The translations under genes and the position numbers were made by a program. Of a stretch of DNA of 28,845 nucleotides, positions 8,470 to 16,850 are shown piece after piece. The notes under the pieces are model-generated. The model was given only the letters and a program-made list of their open reading frames with translations, was not told the origin of the DNA and ran no database searches. This stretch comes from Trueperaceae bacterium (lineage in GTDB: Bacteria > Deinococcota > Deinococci > Deinococcales > Trueperaceae), in the NCBI GenBank assembly GCA_040905465.1, contig JBBDRK010000056.1:21948-50792 (forward strand). Direction: 5' to 3'. Within the stretch, counting starts at the first letter, position 1. The number at the start of each line of letters is the position of its first letter.

Positions 8470-9339
8470 GTGAAGACGTTACTGCTGCGGCCCGCGCGCC
8501 TGCGCGCCTATCTCGATCTGGTGCGCTTCGAGCACACCCTGTTCGCGTTGCCGTTCGCCTACGCCGGAATGCTGCTGGCCGCCGGTGGCTGGCCCGGCTG
8601 GCACGACCTCGCCTGGATCACGGTGGCGATGGTGGGTGCCCGAACGGCCGCCATGGCGCTGAACCGGCTCATCGACGCGGAGCTGGACGCGGCCAACGCT
8701 CGAACCGCCGACCGCGAACTTCCGCGTGGCGTTCTCCGCCGCGGCGACGCGCTCGCGCTCGCCCTGCTGGGCTTCGCGCTGCTGGTGCTGGCCGGCTGGG
8801 CGCTGAACGAACTCACCCGCAACCTGCTGCCTCTGGCGGCGCTCGCCCTGGCGCTCTACTCGTACACCAAACGTTTCACCTGGTTGTGCCATCTGTGGCT
8901 CGGCGCTACCATAGGCGCCGCCGCCGCCGGCGGCTGGATCGGGGTTACCGGCTCCTTCTCGTTGGCGGCGGTGCTCCTGTGGCTCGGGGTGGGCCTGTGG
9001 GTCGCCGGTTTCGACGTGATCTACGGAATCCTGGACGTGGAGTTCGACCGGGGCAACGGGATCCACAGCATTCCCGCGCGCTTCGGCGAGAAGATGGCGA
9101 TGGCGATCTCCGGCGGCATGCACGCGCTGGCGTGGCTGGCTCTGACCCTGCTGCTTTCGGTTACTCCGCTGGGCTGGCCCTACGCGCTGGCGCTGGTGGC
9201 CGTCGGGACGGTCCTGATTCGGGCGAACGTGCTGGTGCGCCGGCGTGGCGCCGGAGCGGCCCTGGCGGCGTTCAACGCCAACCTGTACGTGTCCTCTCTG
9301 GTTCTCCTGGGCGTCGGCGTCGACGTGCTGAGCCGCTGA
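8470..9339 (+). CDS. UbiA-family polyprenyltransferase (MqnP-like, futalosine menaquinone pathway)
   Basis: HTLFALPFAY, NRLIDAELDAANART, YSYTKRFT, GFDVIY...DVEFD; multiple TM helices. Confidence 0.88.
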   Translation: MKTLLLRPARLRAYLDLVRFEHTLFALPFAYAGMLLAAGGWPGWHDLAWITVAMVGARTAAMALNRLIDAELDAANARTADRELPRGVLRRGDALALALLGFALLVLAGWALNELTRNLLPLAALALALYSYTKRFTWLCHLWLGATIGAAAAGGWIGVTGSFSLAAVLLWLGVGLWVAGFDVIYGILDVEFDRGNGIHSIPARFGEKMAMAISGGMHALAWLALTLLLSVTPLGWPYALALVAVGTVLIRANVLVRRRGAGAALAAFNANLYVSSLVLLGVGVDVLSR

Positions 9340-9361
9340 GCGGCCGGCGTCGCACGTGGGG

Positions 9362-9390
9362 TTGACACTACTCGGCGCCGAGAATAGACT
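9362..9390 (+). promoter_or_regulatory. Sigma70-type promoter of tRNA-Asp
   Basis: TTGACA (9362-9367), 17-nt spacer, TAGACT (9385-9390). Confidence 0.85.
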
Positions 9391-9402
9391 CGTTATCTGC
9401 GT

Positions 9403-9478
9403 GGAGCCGTAGTGTAGCGGTTTGCATATCTGCCTGTCACGCAGAAGGTCGCGGGTTCAAATCCCGTCGGCTCCGCCA
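9403..9478 (+). tRNA. tRNA-Asp(GTC)
   Basis: 76 nt; acceptor stem GGAGCCG/CGGCTCC; anticodon stem TCTGC-CTGTCAC-GCAGA; T-arm GCGGG-TTCAAAT-CCCGT; encoded CCA. Confidence 0.98.
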
Positions 9479-9484
9479 CCAACG

Positions 9485-9513
9485 AGGCGCCGTCTACCAG
9501 CGGCGCCTTTCTC
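9485..9513 (+). terminator. Intrinsic terminator after tRNA
   Basis: aggcgccg-N8-cggcgcct followed by a short pyrimidine tract. Confidence 0.75.
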
Positions 9514-9586
9514 ATCTCACATGTCACAGACGGCAAACCTGCTGCAGAGCGCACTCTGAGTGGTATGGGCCTGATACGTTACGAGG

Positions 9587-10237
9587 ATGTCAGAGTTGCC
9601 CCTGTTCCCATTGCCGGAGACCGTCGTGTTTCCCGGGATGTCCGTTCCGCTCCATGTCTTCGAGGAACGCTACAAGCGGCTGGTACGCTCCACTGTCGAC
9701 AGCGAGCCGAAGCGCTTCGTGGTGACGTTGGCGCCGGACCTCGAGGCGATCCGCGATCGCCGGCCACCGTTGCCCGGATACGGTACCTTCGTCGACCTCG
9801 TGTCGGTCCAGGAGAACGCCGACGGGAGTTTCAACGTGCTCGCCCACGGTCAGGAGCGCTGCCACCTGGAGGTCGTACGGGAGGAGAGCGTGGCCGAGCC
9901 GGAAGGCAACGAGCGCCCGCTCTATTTCGTCGACGACAAACCTGCACCGGTCGAACGCGAAGACCCCAATCAGGAGCGGCTGGTCGCCTGGGACGCAATC
10001 GCCACCTTCCGCGCCTATGCAGGGACCTTTTTCGCCTTCGATGCCGCCGATCAGATCGAAGACGCGCTTCCGGACGACCCGATGTACCAGGCTTCGTTCA
10101 TCTGCGCGAACATTCGTGTCCCCGCCGCCTCCCGGCAGGTGCTGCTCGACGCACCCACCCTGTCCGCCCGCTTCCAGCTCGCCAGCAAGCTGATGCAGGA
10201 AAGGCTCGACGGTCACCGGCCCGCCGAGGAGGAGTGA
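9587..10237 (+). CDS. Stand-alone Lon protease N-terminal substrate-binding domain protein
   Basis: LPLFPL...VVFPG...LHVFEERY signature; no ATPase or protease domain. Confidence 0.88.
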   Translation: MSELPLFPLPETVVFPGMSVPLHVFEERYKRLVRSTVDSEPKRFVVTLAPDLEAIRDRRPPLPGYGTFVDLVSVQENADGSFNVLAHGQERCHLEVVREESVAEPEGNERPLYFVDDKPAPVEREDPNQERLVAWDAIATFRAYAGTFFAFDAADQIEDALPDDPMYQASFICANIRVPAASRQVLLDAPTLSARFQLASKLMQERLDGHRPAEEE

Positions 10238-10330
10238 CGCGCCCGGCCAGCGAGGACCGAGTCCCCGCCGATCCCGGTCGTGCAGCCGGCGCAGCGACGC
10301 GAGCGCACTCATGACGCGCCTGGCACGATC

Positions 10331-11479
10331 GTGACCGGCGACCCGCTGGCGTTCACGTTCCGCTGGTGCGACTATCCGGCGATAACCGCCGATCTGCCGG
10401 GAACCGGCGGCCGCATCAGAGTGCGGCCCGAGGACTTCGAGGTGCGCGAGATCCCCGCCTACCAACTCGAAGGCAGCGGCTCTCACGCCTACGCGCTGGT
10501 GCGCAAGCGCGGGCTCACGACCCGCGACCTGGTGCTGGCGCTGCAGGGCCAAGGCCTCGGCGAGAAGGAGATCGGCGTCGCCGGTCTGAAGGACAAGTAC
10601 GCGGTCACCGAACAGTGGTTGAGCGTTCCGCAAGCCAGCTCGCAGGCGCTCGATGCCCTGGAGCGCCTGCCGGGAGTGGACATCGTCGAACGTTCGCGCC
10701 ACCGCAACAAGCTCGGGATCGGTCACCTCAAGGGCAACCGCTTCACCATCCGCATCCGGGATACGGAAGCGGGCGCCGCGGCGCGAGCTCGAGCGGTGCT
10801 GAGCGAGTTGGAGCGCCGCGGGCTCCCCAACTACTTCGGGCCGCAGCGATTCGGCCGGTTCGGCCGGAACGCCGTCGACGGACTGCGGGTGCTGCAGGGG
10901 GACAGGATGCCAGGCGGGCACCGACTCAAGAGATTCTTCCTCTCGGCTCTGCAGTCGCTGGTGTTCAACCGGGTGGTGGCGCTCCGGATCGAACGGGGCC
11001 TGTTCGAAACGGTAGTGGTGGGCGACTGGGCGCGCAAACACGAGACCGGGGGCACCTTTCAGGTAAGCGATCCGCAAGACTCGGAGCGAGCGGCTCTGCT
11101 AGAGATCAGCGCAACAGTGCCGCTGTACGGCAAGAAGGTTCTGCCAAGCGGTGGAGTGCCCGGGGAGATCGAGGCCGGGGTCCTGGCAAGCCTGGGACTG
11201 CGCTGGGTGGACTTTACCGGCCGCCGGGGGGATCGCCGGTTCTCGCGTCTGGCGTTGAGCGACGTCGAGGTGCTCGAGGAGGACGGCGCGGTGCGCCTCG
11301 ACTTCGTGTTGCCCAAGGGATCCTACGCCACCAGCCTCCTTCGGGAGGTGATGAAGGTCGAGGTTGACGAGCCGGTGAGCAGGGAAGGCTTCGAGCAGCA
11401 GGGCGATGGCGCCGACCGGGCCGACTGGGGTGAGGCAGGGGGCGCAATGGACGACGGTCCGGACGAAGATGGCGACTGA
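10331..11479 (+). CDS. truD: tRNA pseudouridine(13) synthase TruD
   Basis: PEDFEVRE, AGLKDKYAVTEQW, HLKGNRF, NYFGPQRFG, FVLPKGSYAT; start uncertain (GTG 10331 or 10280); acidic C-terminal tail. Confidence 0.95.
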   Translation: MTGDPLAFTFRWCDYPAITADLPGTGGRIRVRPEDFEVREIPAYQLEGSGSHAYALVRKRGLTTRDLVLALQGQGLGEKEIGVAGLKDKYAVTEQWLSVPQASSQALDALERLPGVDIVERSRHRNKLGIGHLKGNRFTIRIRDTEAGAAARARAVLSELERRGLPNYFGPQRFGRFGRNAVDGLRVLQGDRMPGGHRLKRFFLSALQSLVFNRVVALRIERGLFETVVVGDWARKHETGGTFQVSDPQDSERAALLEISATVPLYGKKVLPSGGVPGEIEAGVLASLGLRWVDFTGRRGDRRFSRLALSDVEVLEEDGAVRLDFVLPKGSYATSLLREVMKVEVDEPVSREGFEQQGDGADRADWGEAGGAMDDGPDEDGD

Positions 11480-11536
11480 GCTGTGGCTTTCGAGCTAGTG
11501 CTGCCTAGCTGCTGCTGTCGGGCTCCCGCAGCCGCG

Positions 11537-13960
11537 CTACCGCTGCCGCGAGGCCGACGGCTCCGCTCGGCCGGCCCCTGCCGGCCGTTCCCGCGCGAAG
11601 CGGCGCAACAGCAGTTCGGCCAGGAACAGGACAAGGGCCGCCATCAGCAACTCCGGCCACAGCGGGCGTCCGGCGCTTCGCAGAGACGGCGAGTAGGTTT
11701 CGGGTGAGTCGAGCGTCTCGCCGCCGGTTCGCGCGCTTATCGTACTCAGCAACTCCGGTCCGCCGGCGCTGTCGAACTCGCGGTGCGGTGTTCTGAGCGG
11801 CGCCCTGGCCACGACGTCGTTCGCCTCTACTACCAGCACGTTGCCCTCGTCCACATCGCCAGGCAGCTGCCCCTCGTAGCGGCCGGGTGCAACCTGCTCG
11901 AGGCCCACCCGGTTGCCGTTCAGGCGCGCTTCGAGTCGGGCCCCGTTGACGTACTGCCCATCTTCGACCGCGTCGACGGTCACCCGTATCTCGTTCCCTT
12001 CGCGGGCGACCGACGCGGCATAGGAGGCGGGTTCGGCTTGCAGCCAACGCACCACGGATCCGAGCATGGTGGGAAGCTCCGGACCACGGCCGAGAGCTCC
12101 GCTCCAGCCGTTGAGGTCGCTGGTGAAGGCGGCCGAGCGGCCCAGTCCGTGACGGCGCACCGCCAACACCGGCTCATCGTGTTGCCCGATCAACAGCAGC
12201 TCGGCGGTAGGTTTGGGGGCGCTGGCGATATACGCGTCGATAGCGGGAAGCGGACCGTCGAAGGGCGAGAGGGGGTGAGCTCGCGCAATCGGTTCGGTCG
12301 GCTCGTCGCGAAGCAACGAGCGTGTAGCGGTGAGTGCCTCGCTGGTGAAGATGTTGGGCAGCGTCGAGACGTCGAGAGCGCTATGGTAGCGGCCGTTGCC
12401 GGCGGAGGCTATCCGTTCCAGAACCTCGAAGTCGGCGGAGCGGCCGATGGCGATGGCCGAAGTGGTGATGCCCTCGGCTGCCGCACCGGCAGCCAACAGC
12501 GAAAAGTCCGGCGGCGCCCCGGCCTGCCCGAAAGGTCCCTGCCCGTCATAGAGCTTGCCGTCGGACAGGATGATGACATGCTTGAGAGCGGCCTCTGAGC
12601 CACGCAAGGCGTCGAGCGCCGCCCGGTAACCGGGCTCAAGGATCGTGCCCCCGCCGGTGGACAGGCTCAAGATCGAGGACAGCATTTCCCGCTTGCCGCG
12701 TCCGGTGGCCGGCCGCAGCCGGAACGTCCACTCGTAGTCGTCGCTGAACGTCACCATTCCCAGCAGATCGTCCTGATAGGCGAGCTCCACCACGCCCAGG
12801 GCGCCCTCCTTGGCCAGTTCGATCTTGCTGGGGTTGCCGGTAGCCATCGACTGCGAGCGGTCGAGCACGATGACCAGCGCTACCAACGGAATTTCGACCT
12901 CGGTGCGGAGGTCGGTGTCCACCGGCAGGACCTCCTCGACAGGTGTCCGGTACCAGCCACCGAAACCGAAGCTCTCCGGGCCGCCGGTCATCATCAATCC
13001 GCCGCCGTTCTCCACGTACGATCGCAGCTCGGCGAGCTGACCCTGCGTGAAGCTGGCGGCATGCTCGCGCACGATCACCGCCGAGTACGCCAGCGGCGCC
13101 TGCACCTCGGCGGCCCCGCCTTCGATCACCTCGAACTCCTGAGACCGCAGCATCCCGGCCAGCGCGGGATCGCCGATCACCAGCACCGGCTCCTCCTCGG
13201 AAACGGAGATCTCGGCGGATCTGCTGTCGTCTGCCCGGCTCTGCTGGTAGTCGACTTCCAGCCGGGCGTTCAGGTGTGCGTCGGTGTCTGTCGGCACGGC
13301 GAACTGGAACGGCACCACGCTCCGCCCTTCCGCCAGTTCGATCTCCACGGCCGCAGCCTCGTTGCCGCTGACCGACAGGAACAGCGTGGCCATGGCCGCC
13401 CGGTCGCTCTCCAGCACCGCCACTGCCTCCACTGTCTCGCCCGGTGTGGCCTGCTCGGGAACCAGCAAGGCTGCGATTCTGGCATTGGGCTCGGGAGCCA
13501 CTCGGTAAGTGTCGACCGGCACCGGTGGCAGGGCCAGCAGGGCGTTCCCGCTCGACTCGGCGCCATCCGACAGAAGCAGTATCCTCTCGGCGCCACCCGC
13601 GGCCGCAACCTGCAGGGCGCGGGCCAGATCGGTTACCTCGGGCCGGAGCTGGTCTGTCTGCGACGTGCTGTCGCGTGCCTCGCCGGTGTCGCCGGCGAAG
13701 AAGTAGGTCTGTGCGTTGCGGCGCCAGTCGCCGCCGAACTCCTCGGCAAGGGTGACGGCCCGGTCGCCAACGCTGTTGGAGACATCTATCAGGACTGCGA
13801 GCCGGCCGCCCGGCGCCGATACCGTGGGGCCCGCCAGCGCAACGACCAGCAGCGCCAGACCCAGCACGCGCAGGAGCCAGCCACGGGCACGCGGTAGCAG
13901 AAGCAGCAGAGGCAGGGCCGCGAGCACCCAAGGAAAGGTCAACTCGAGCCCGGGAGTCAC
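11537..13960 (-). CDS. Membrane-anchored double-VWA protein with a central glutamine amidotransferase-like domain
   Basis: N-terminal TM pair; MIDAS DVSNS and DRSQS, each with a downstream LSDG; YVENGGGLMMTGG...FGGWYRTPVEEVLPV; C-terminal TM; TAGCAT 6 nt upstream of GTG. Confidence 0.88.
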   Translation of the reverse strand: MTPGLELTFPWVLAALPLLLLLPRARGWLLRVLGLALLVVALAGPTVSAPGGRLAVLIDVSNSVGDRAVTLAEEFGGDWRRNAQTYFFAGDTGEARDSTSQTDQLRPEVTDLARALQVAAAGGAERILLLSDGAESSGNALLALPPVPVDTYRVAPEPNARIAALLVPEQATPGETVEAVAVLESDRAAMATLFLSVSGNEAAAVEIELAEGRSVVPFQFAVPTDTDAHLNARLEVDYQQSRADDSRSAEISVSEEEPVLVIGDPALAGMLRSQEFEVIEGGAAEVQAPLAYSAVIVREHAASFTQGQLAELRSYVENGGGLMMTGGPESFGFGGWYRTPVEEVLPVDTDLRTEVEIPLVALVIVLDRSQSMATGNPSKIELAKEGALGVVELAYQDDLLGMVTFSDDYEWTFRLRPATGRGKREMLSSILSLSTGGGTILEPGYRAALDALRGSEAALKHVIILSDGKLYDGQGPFGQAGAPPDFSLLAAGAAAEGITTSAIAIGRSADFEVLERIASAGNGRYHSALDVSTLPNIFTSEALTATRSLLRDEPTEPIARAHPLSPFDGPLPAIDAYIASAPKPTAELLLIGQHDEPVLAVRRHGLGRSAAFTSDLNGWSGALGRGPELPTMLGSVVRWLQAEPASYAASVAREGNEIRVTVDAVEDGQYVNGARLEARLNGNRVGLEQVAPGRYEGQLPGDVDEGNVLVVEANDVVARAPLRTPHREFDSAGGPELLSTISARTGGETLDSPETYSPSLRSAGRPLWPELLMAALVLFLAELLLRRFARERPAGAGRAEPSASRQR

Positions 13961-14048
13961 CCCCGTATGCTAGCAGCCGCCGGCTGTGCGCTACCTGCCC
14001 CGCCGGTACTGACGCCGCCGCCTTGCCCTTTGGTATCATCCGCTCTAT

Positions 14049-15224
14049 ATGCCCGAGGCCAGTCAGCGCTATGTCCTGTTCGCCTCCGCGAACGCTGAGC
14101 AGGGGCAGGCGGTCAGCGGCGTGGTCTCCGAGTTGCAGCTCGACTCACTGGTGCTCGTGAGCGTCGAAGAGTTGCTGTTTCACACGCGCGGGAGCGTTCC
14201 GGAAGCGCTGGTGGTGGAGCACGAGCTGGTTAGCCAGGTAGCCCAACTCGACCTCATCACGTTGCTGCGCCGGCGCAAACCGCTGGCCGAGATGCCAATC
14301 GTCTACCTCGGTCCCGCCGACCCGAGCGTTCAGGCCACGGCCCTCGATGCCGGCGCCGACGTCTATCTGACGAGCCCGCCTCATCCACCGGTGCTGGTTG
14401 CGACCCTGCGGCGCCTGTTGCGTCGCCGGCAGTCAGACGTCGCCCTTCGTGCCACGCTCGAACGGTTACGTGAGTTCGAGCGAGCCTATCGGGACAGCGA
14501 GCGGGTCAAGGACGACCTCACTCACATGCTCGTCCACGACCTCAAAAGTCCGATAGCGAGCGTCATGGGTCTGCTCGACCACTCCCTCGAGATGGTGCGC
14601 TCCGACGAGCGGAGCGACACGGTTGCTCAGTTGCTCGGACTCGCCCGTACCGAAGCGCAGCACCTGCTGAATCTGGCAGCCAACATCCTCGATGTCCGGC
14701 GAATGAAGGAGGGCCACATGCCCTACCAGCCGGACCGCATCGACGACCTCACCGAGCTCGCCCGCAAGGCGCTGAGCGACGCAAGCGGTTCTCCGCGTGA
14801 GCGTCACTTCAGCGTGCTGGTCCGCAAGGATGCCCAGATCCTGTATGCCGATCCTGCCCTCCTGCGCCGGATTCTCACCAACCTCTTCGCCAACGCTATC
14901 AAGCACACTCGAGCCGGCGGCTATGTCGACTTCCGAGCCTGGCGTCAGGACGAGTCGTTCGTGCTCTCGGTGCGGGACGACGGCGAGGGGATCCCGGAGG
15001 CGGACCACAAGCGGATCTTCAACGCGTTCGAGCAGTCGCGCCACACCATCCACGACCGCTACGACACCGGCATGGGCCTTACCTTCTGCAAGCTCGCGGT
15101 TGAGAAGCATGGCGGCAGCATCTGGGTGGAGTCGAAGGTCGGCCGGGGGAGCACTTTCCTGTTCACAATTCCCGTGGCGGTCTCCACCGGTCCTGCCGAC
15201 GACGCCACTCTCGGCGTCGTCTGA
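14049..15224 (+). CDS. Cytoplasmic histidine kinase with a degenerate N-terminal receiver domain
   Basis: H-box HDLKSP, N-box NLFANAIKH, DDGEGI, TGMGL; receiver-like ALDAGADVYL. Confidence 0.9.
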   Translation: MPEASQRYVLFASANAEQGQAVSGVVSELQLDSLVLVSVEELLFHTRGSVPEALVVEHELVSQVAQLDLITLLRRRKPLAEMPIVYLGPADPSVQATALDAGADVYLTSPPHPPVLVATLRRLLRRRQSDVALRATLERLREFERAYRDSERVKDDLTHMLVHDLKSPIASVMGLLDHSLEMVRSDERSDTVAQLLGLARTEAQHLLNLAANILDVRRMKEGHMPYQPDRIDDLTELARKALSDASGSPRERHFSVLVRKDAQILYADPALLRRILTNLFANAIKHTRAGGYVDFRAWRQDESFVLSVRDDGEGIPEADHKRIFNAFEQSRHTIHDRYDTGMGLTFCKLAVEKHGGSIWVESKVGRGSTFLFTIPVAVSTGPADDATLGVV

Positions 15225-15228
15225 GGCG

Positions 15229-15933
15229 ATGACGGCAACTGCCCGGGCGAAAATCGCGGCGGCCGCGGAGCGGCCCGACTGGAGCCTCGAAGCCGAGCTG
15301 TGGGCCCGCGGGTTTTCGCCGGTGGCCGGGGTCGATGAGGCCGGGCGAGGTGCCTTGGCCGGCCCGGTCGTAGCGGCGGCGGTGATCCTGCCGGTGGGAG
15401 GGCATCCGTACCGCGACTCCAAGACGTTGCCGGCGGAACGACGCGAGGAGCTGGCGCGGCAGGTCCGGGCGGAGGCGCTGGCCTGGGGGGTCGGGATGGC
15501 CGAACCGGCCGAGATAGACGCGTTCAACGTCCTGCGGGCAACCCACCTGGCGGCGGCCCGGGCGCTCGTCCAGTTGCGGCTGCGCCTCGCGCCGGCCGGC
15601 CTGGTTACCGACTACCTGTGGCTCGACGATGACGCCGAGGTGGTGGCGGTGGCGCGTGCCGACAGCCGCTCATTCCAGGCGGCCGCGGCCGGCGTGCTGG
15701 CGAAGGTAGAGAGAGACGCGCTCATGGCCGGCCTGGCGGATACCCATCCCGGCTACGAGTTCGAACGGAACAAGGGGTATGGGGCGCCCGCGCATCTCAG
15801 CGCCCTGGACGCGATCGGGCCATGCGAGGTACACCGGATGACCTTCCGGCCGCTGCGCGCAGCGGCGGCAACCGGCGAGGCAGTGTTGAAGGCGGTGGAG
15901 CAGGCCGACCTGCCGGCCGTCCGCGCCGGCTGA
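15229..15933 (+). CDS. rnhB: Ribonuclease HII
   Basis: GVDEAGRGALAGPVVAAA, DSK, LAKVERD, NKGY; ATG 4 nt after the kinase stop (the ORF track start 14797 is over-extended). Confidence 0.95.
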   Translation: MTATARAKIAAAAERPDWSLEAELWARGFSPVAGVDEAGRGALAGPVVAAAVILPVGGHPYRDSKTLPAERREELARQVRAEALAWGVGMAEPAEIDAFNVLRATHLAAARALVQLRLRLAPAGLVTDYLWLDDDAEVVAVARADSRSFQAAAAGVLAKVERDALMAGLADTHPGYEFERNKGYGAPAHLSALDAIGPCEVHRMTFRPLRAAAATGEAVLKAVEQADLPAVRAG

Positions 15934-16039
15934 GCCGCTCCCGCCAGGACTACAGCGCCGGTGTCCGCTCTCGCGTACAATGCCGGGATGTCTCGCAACC
16001 GCTCCGGGCCGGCTGGCCCGAGCCCAACAGGAGATCCCC

Positions 16040-16840
16040 ATGCCTGAATGCATCGGCGTGAAGTTCGACAACGGTCCAAAGCTCCACTACATGGAGGCGC
16101 CGCCCGTGGCGCCGGAAGTCGGTACGCGTTGCGTGGTGAGCACCCGCCGCGGTCTCGAGGTCGGCGTCGTGCGCACCGACGTCAGGGACCACTCCCGCCC
16201 GGGTGGACACTACGTACGCAACGCCCTTCCGGACGACGTCGAGCGTTACCGGTCGCTGACCCAGCGGGCCGAGGAGCTCAAGTGGCTACTGCGGGCGCGG
16301 GTGCGCCAGCACGGCGCCGACGTTAAGGTGGTCAGCCTGGAGTTCACCATCGACGAAAGCCTGCTCGTCGTTTCCTACAGCACCGAAGAGCAGGCGCCGT
16401 TGCGCCTCATGGCCCAGGAGCTCCTGGCCCACACGGGTGCCCGCATCGAGTTCAACAACGTCGGCCCGCGCGACCAGGCACGGGTGTTAGGGACGTTGGG
16501 GGCGTGCGGCGGCGGTTCCTGCTCGTCGACCTGGCTGCAGAGCTTCAACGCGGTGTCCATTCGGATGGCTCGCGATCAACAGCTGCCGCTCAATCCCGAG
16601 AAGATCAGCGGCCCTTGCGGAAGGCTGATGTGCTGCTTGCAGTACGAGCACGACATGTACCGTGAGCTGCTCAAGGGCATGCCCAAGAAGGGCGTGAAGG
16701 CCTGCCACACCGCTACCGGTCACTGCGGCCGGGTGGTGAAGCTCAACCCGCTCAAACGGTCGGTTGAGCTGAAGGTAGACGAAGGCGGTATCGAGGAGTA
16801 CCCGGTAGACGAGATCGAACGTATTCGCGGCGGCAACTGA
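16040..16840 (+). CDS. ricT: PSP1-domain RicT/YaaT family Fe-S protein
   Basis: GPRDQAR...GACG, VSIRMARDQQLPLNPEKISGPCGRLMCCLQYE; SD aggag before ATG 16040. Confidence 0.9.
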   Translation: MPECIGVKFDNGPKLHYMEAPPVAPEVGTRCVVSTRRGLEVGVVRTDVRDHSRPGGHYVRNALPDDVERYRSLTQRAEELKWLLRARVRQHGADVKVVSLEFTIDESLLVVSYSTEEQAPLRLMAQELLAHTGARIEFNNVGPRDQARVLGTLGACGGGSCSSTWLQSFNAVSIRMARDQQLPLNPEKISGPCGRLMCCLQYEHDMYRELLKGMPKKGVKACHTATGHCGRVVKLNPLKRSVELKVDEGGIEEYPVDEIERIRGGN

Positions 16841-16850
16841 AGACTCGTGC

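Noticed and set aside
9403..9590. tRNA as an integration site for an island or prophage
   Set aside because: No integrase, no duplicated tRNA 3' end seen, and no compositional shift
10235..10330. Lon-N ORF and truD are in the same frame, separated by a single TGA (possible readthrough fusion)
   Set aside because: Easily explained by chance in GC-rich DNA; the linker has no protein-like features and no SECIS-like evidence
14797..15228. N-terminal extension of rnhB in the ORF track
   Set aside because: Overlaps the kinase gene in another frame; ATG 15229 gives a normal-length RNase HII
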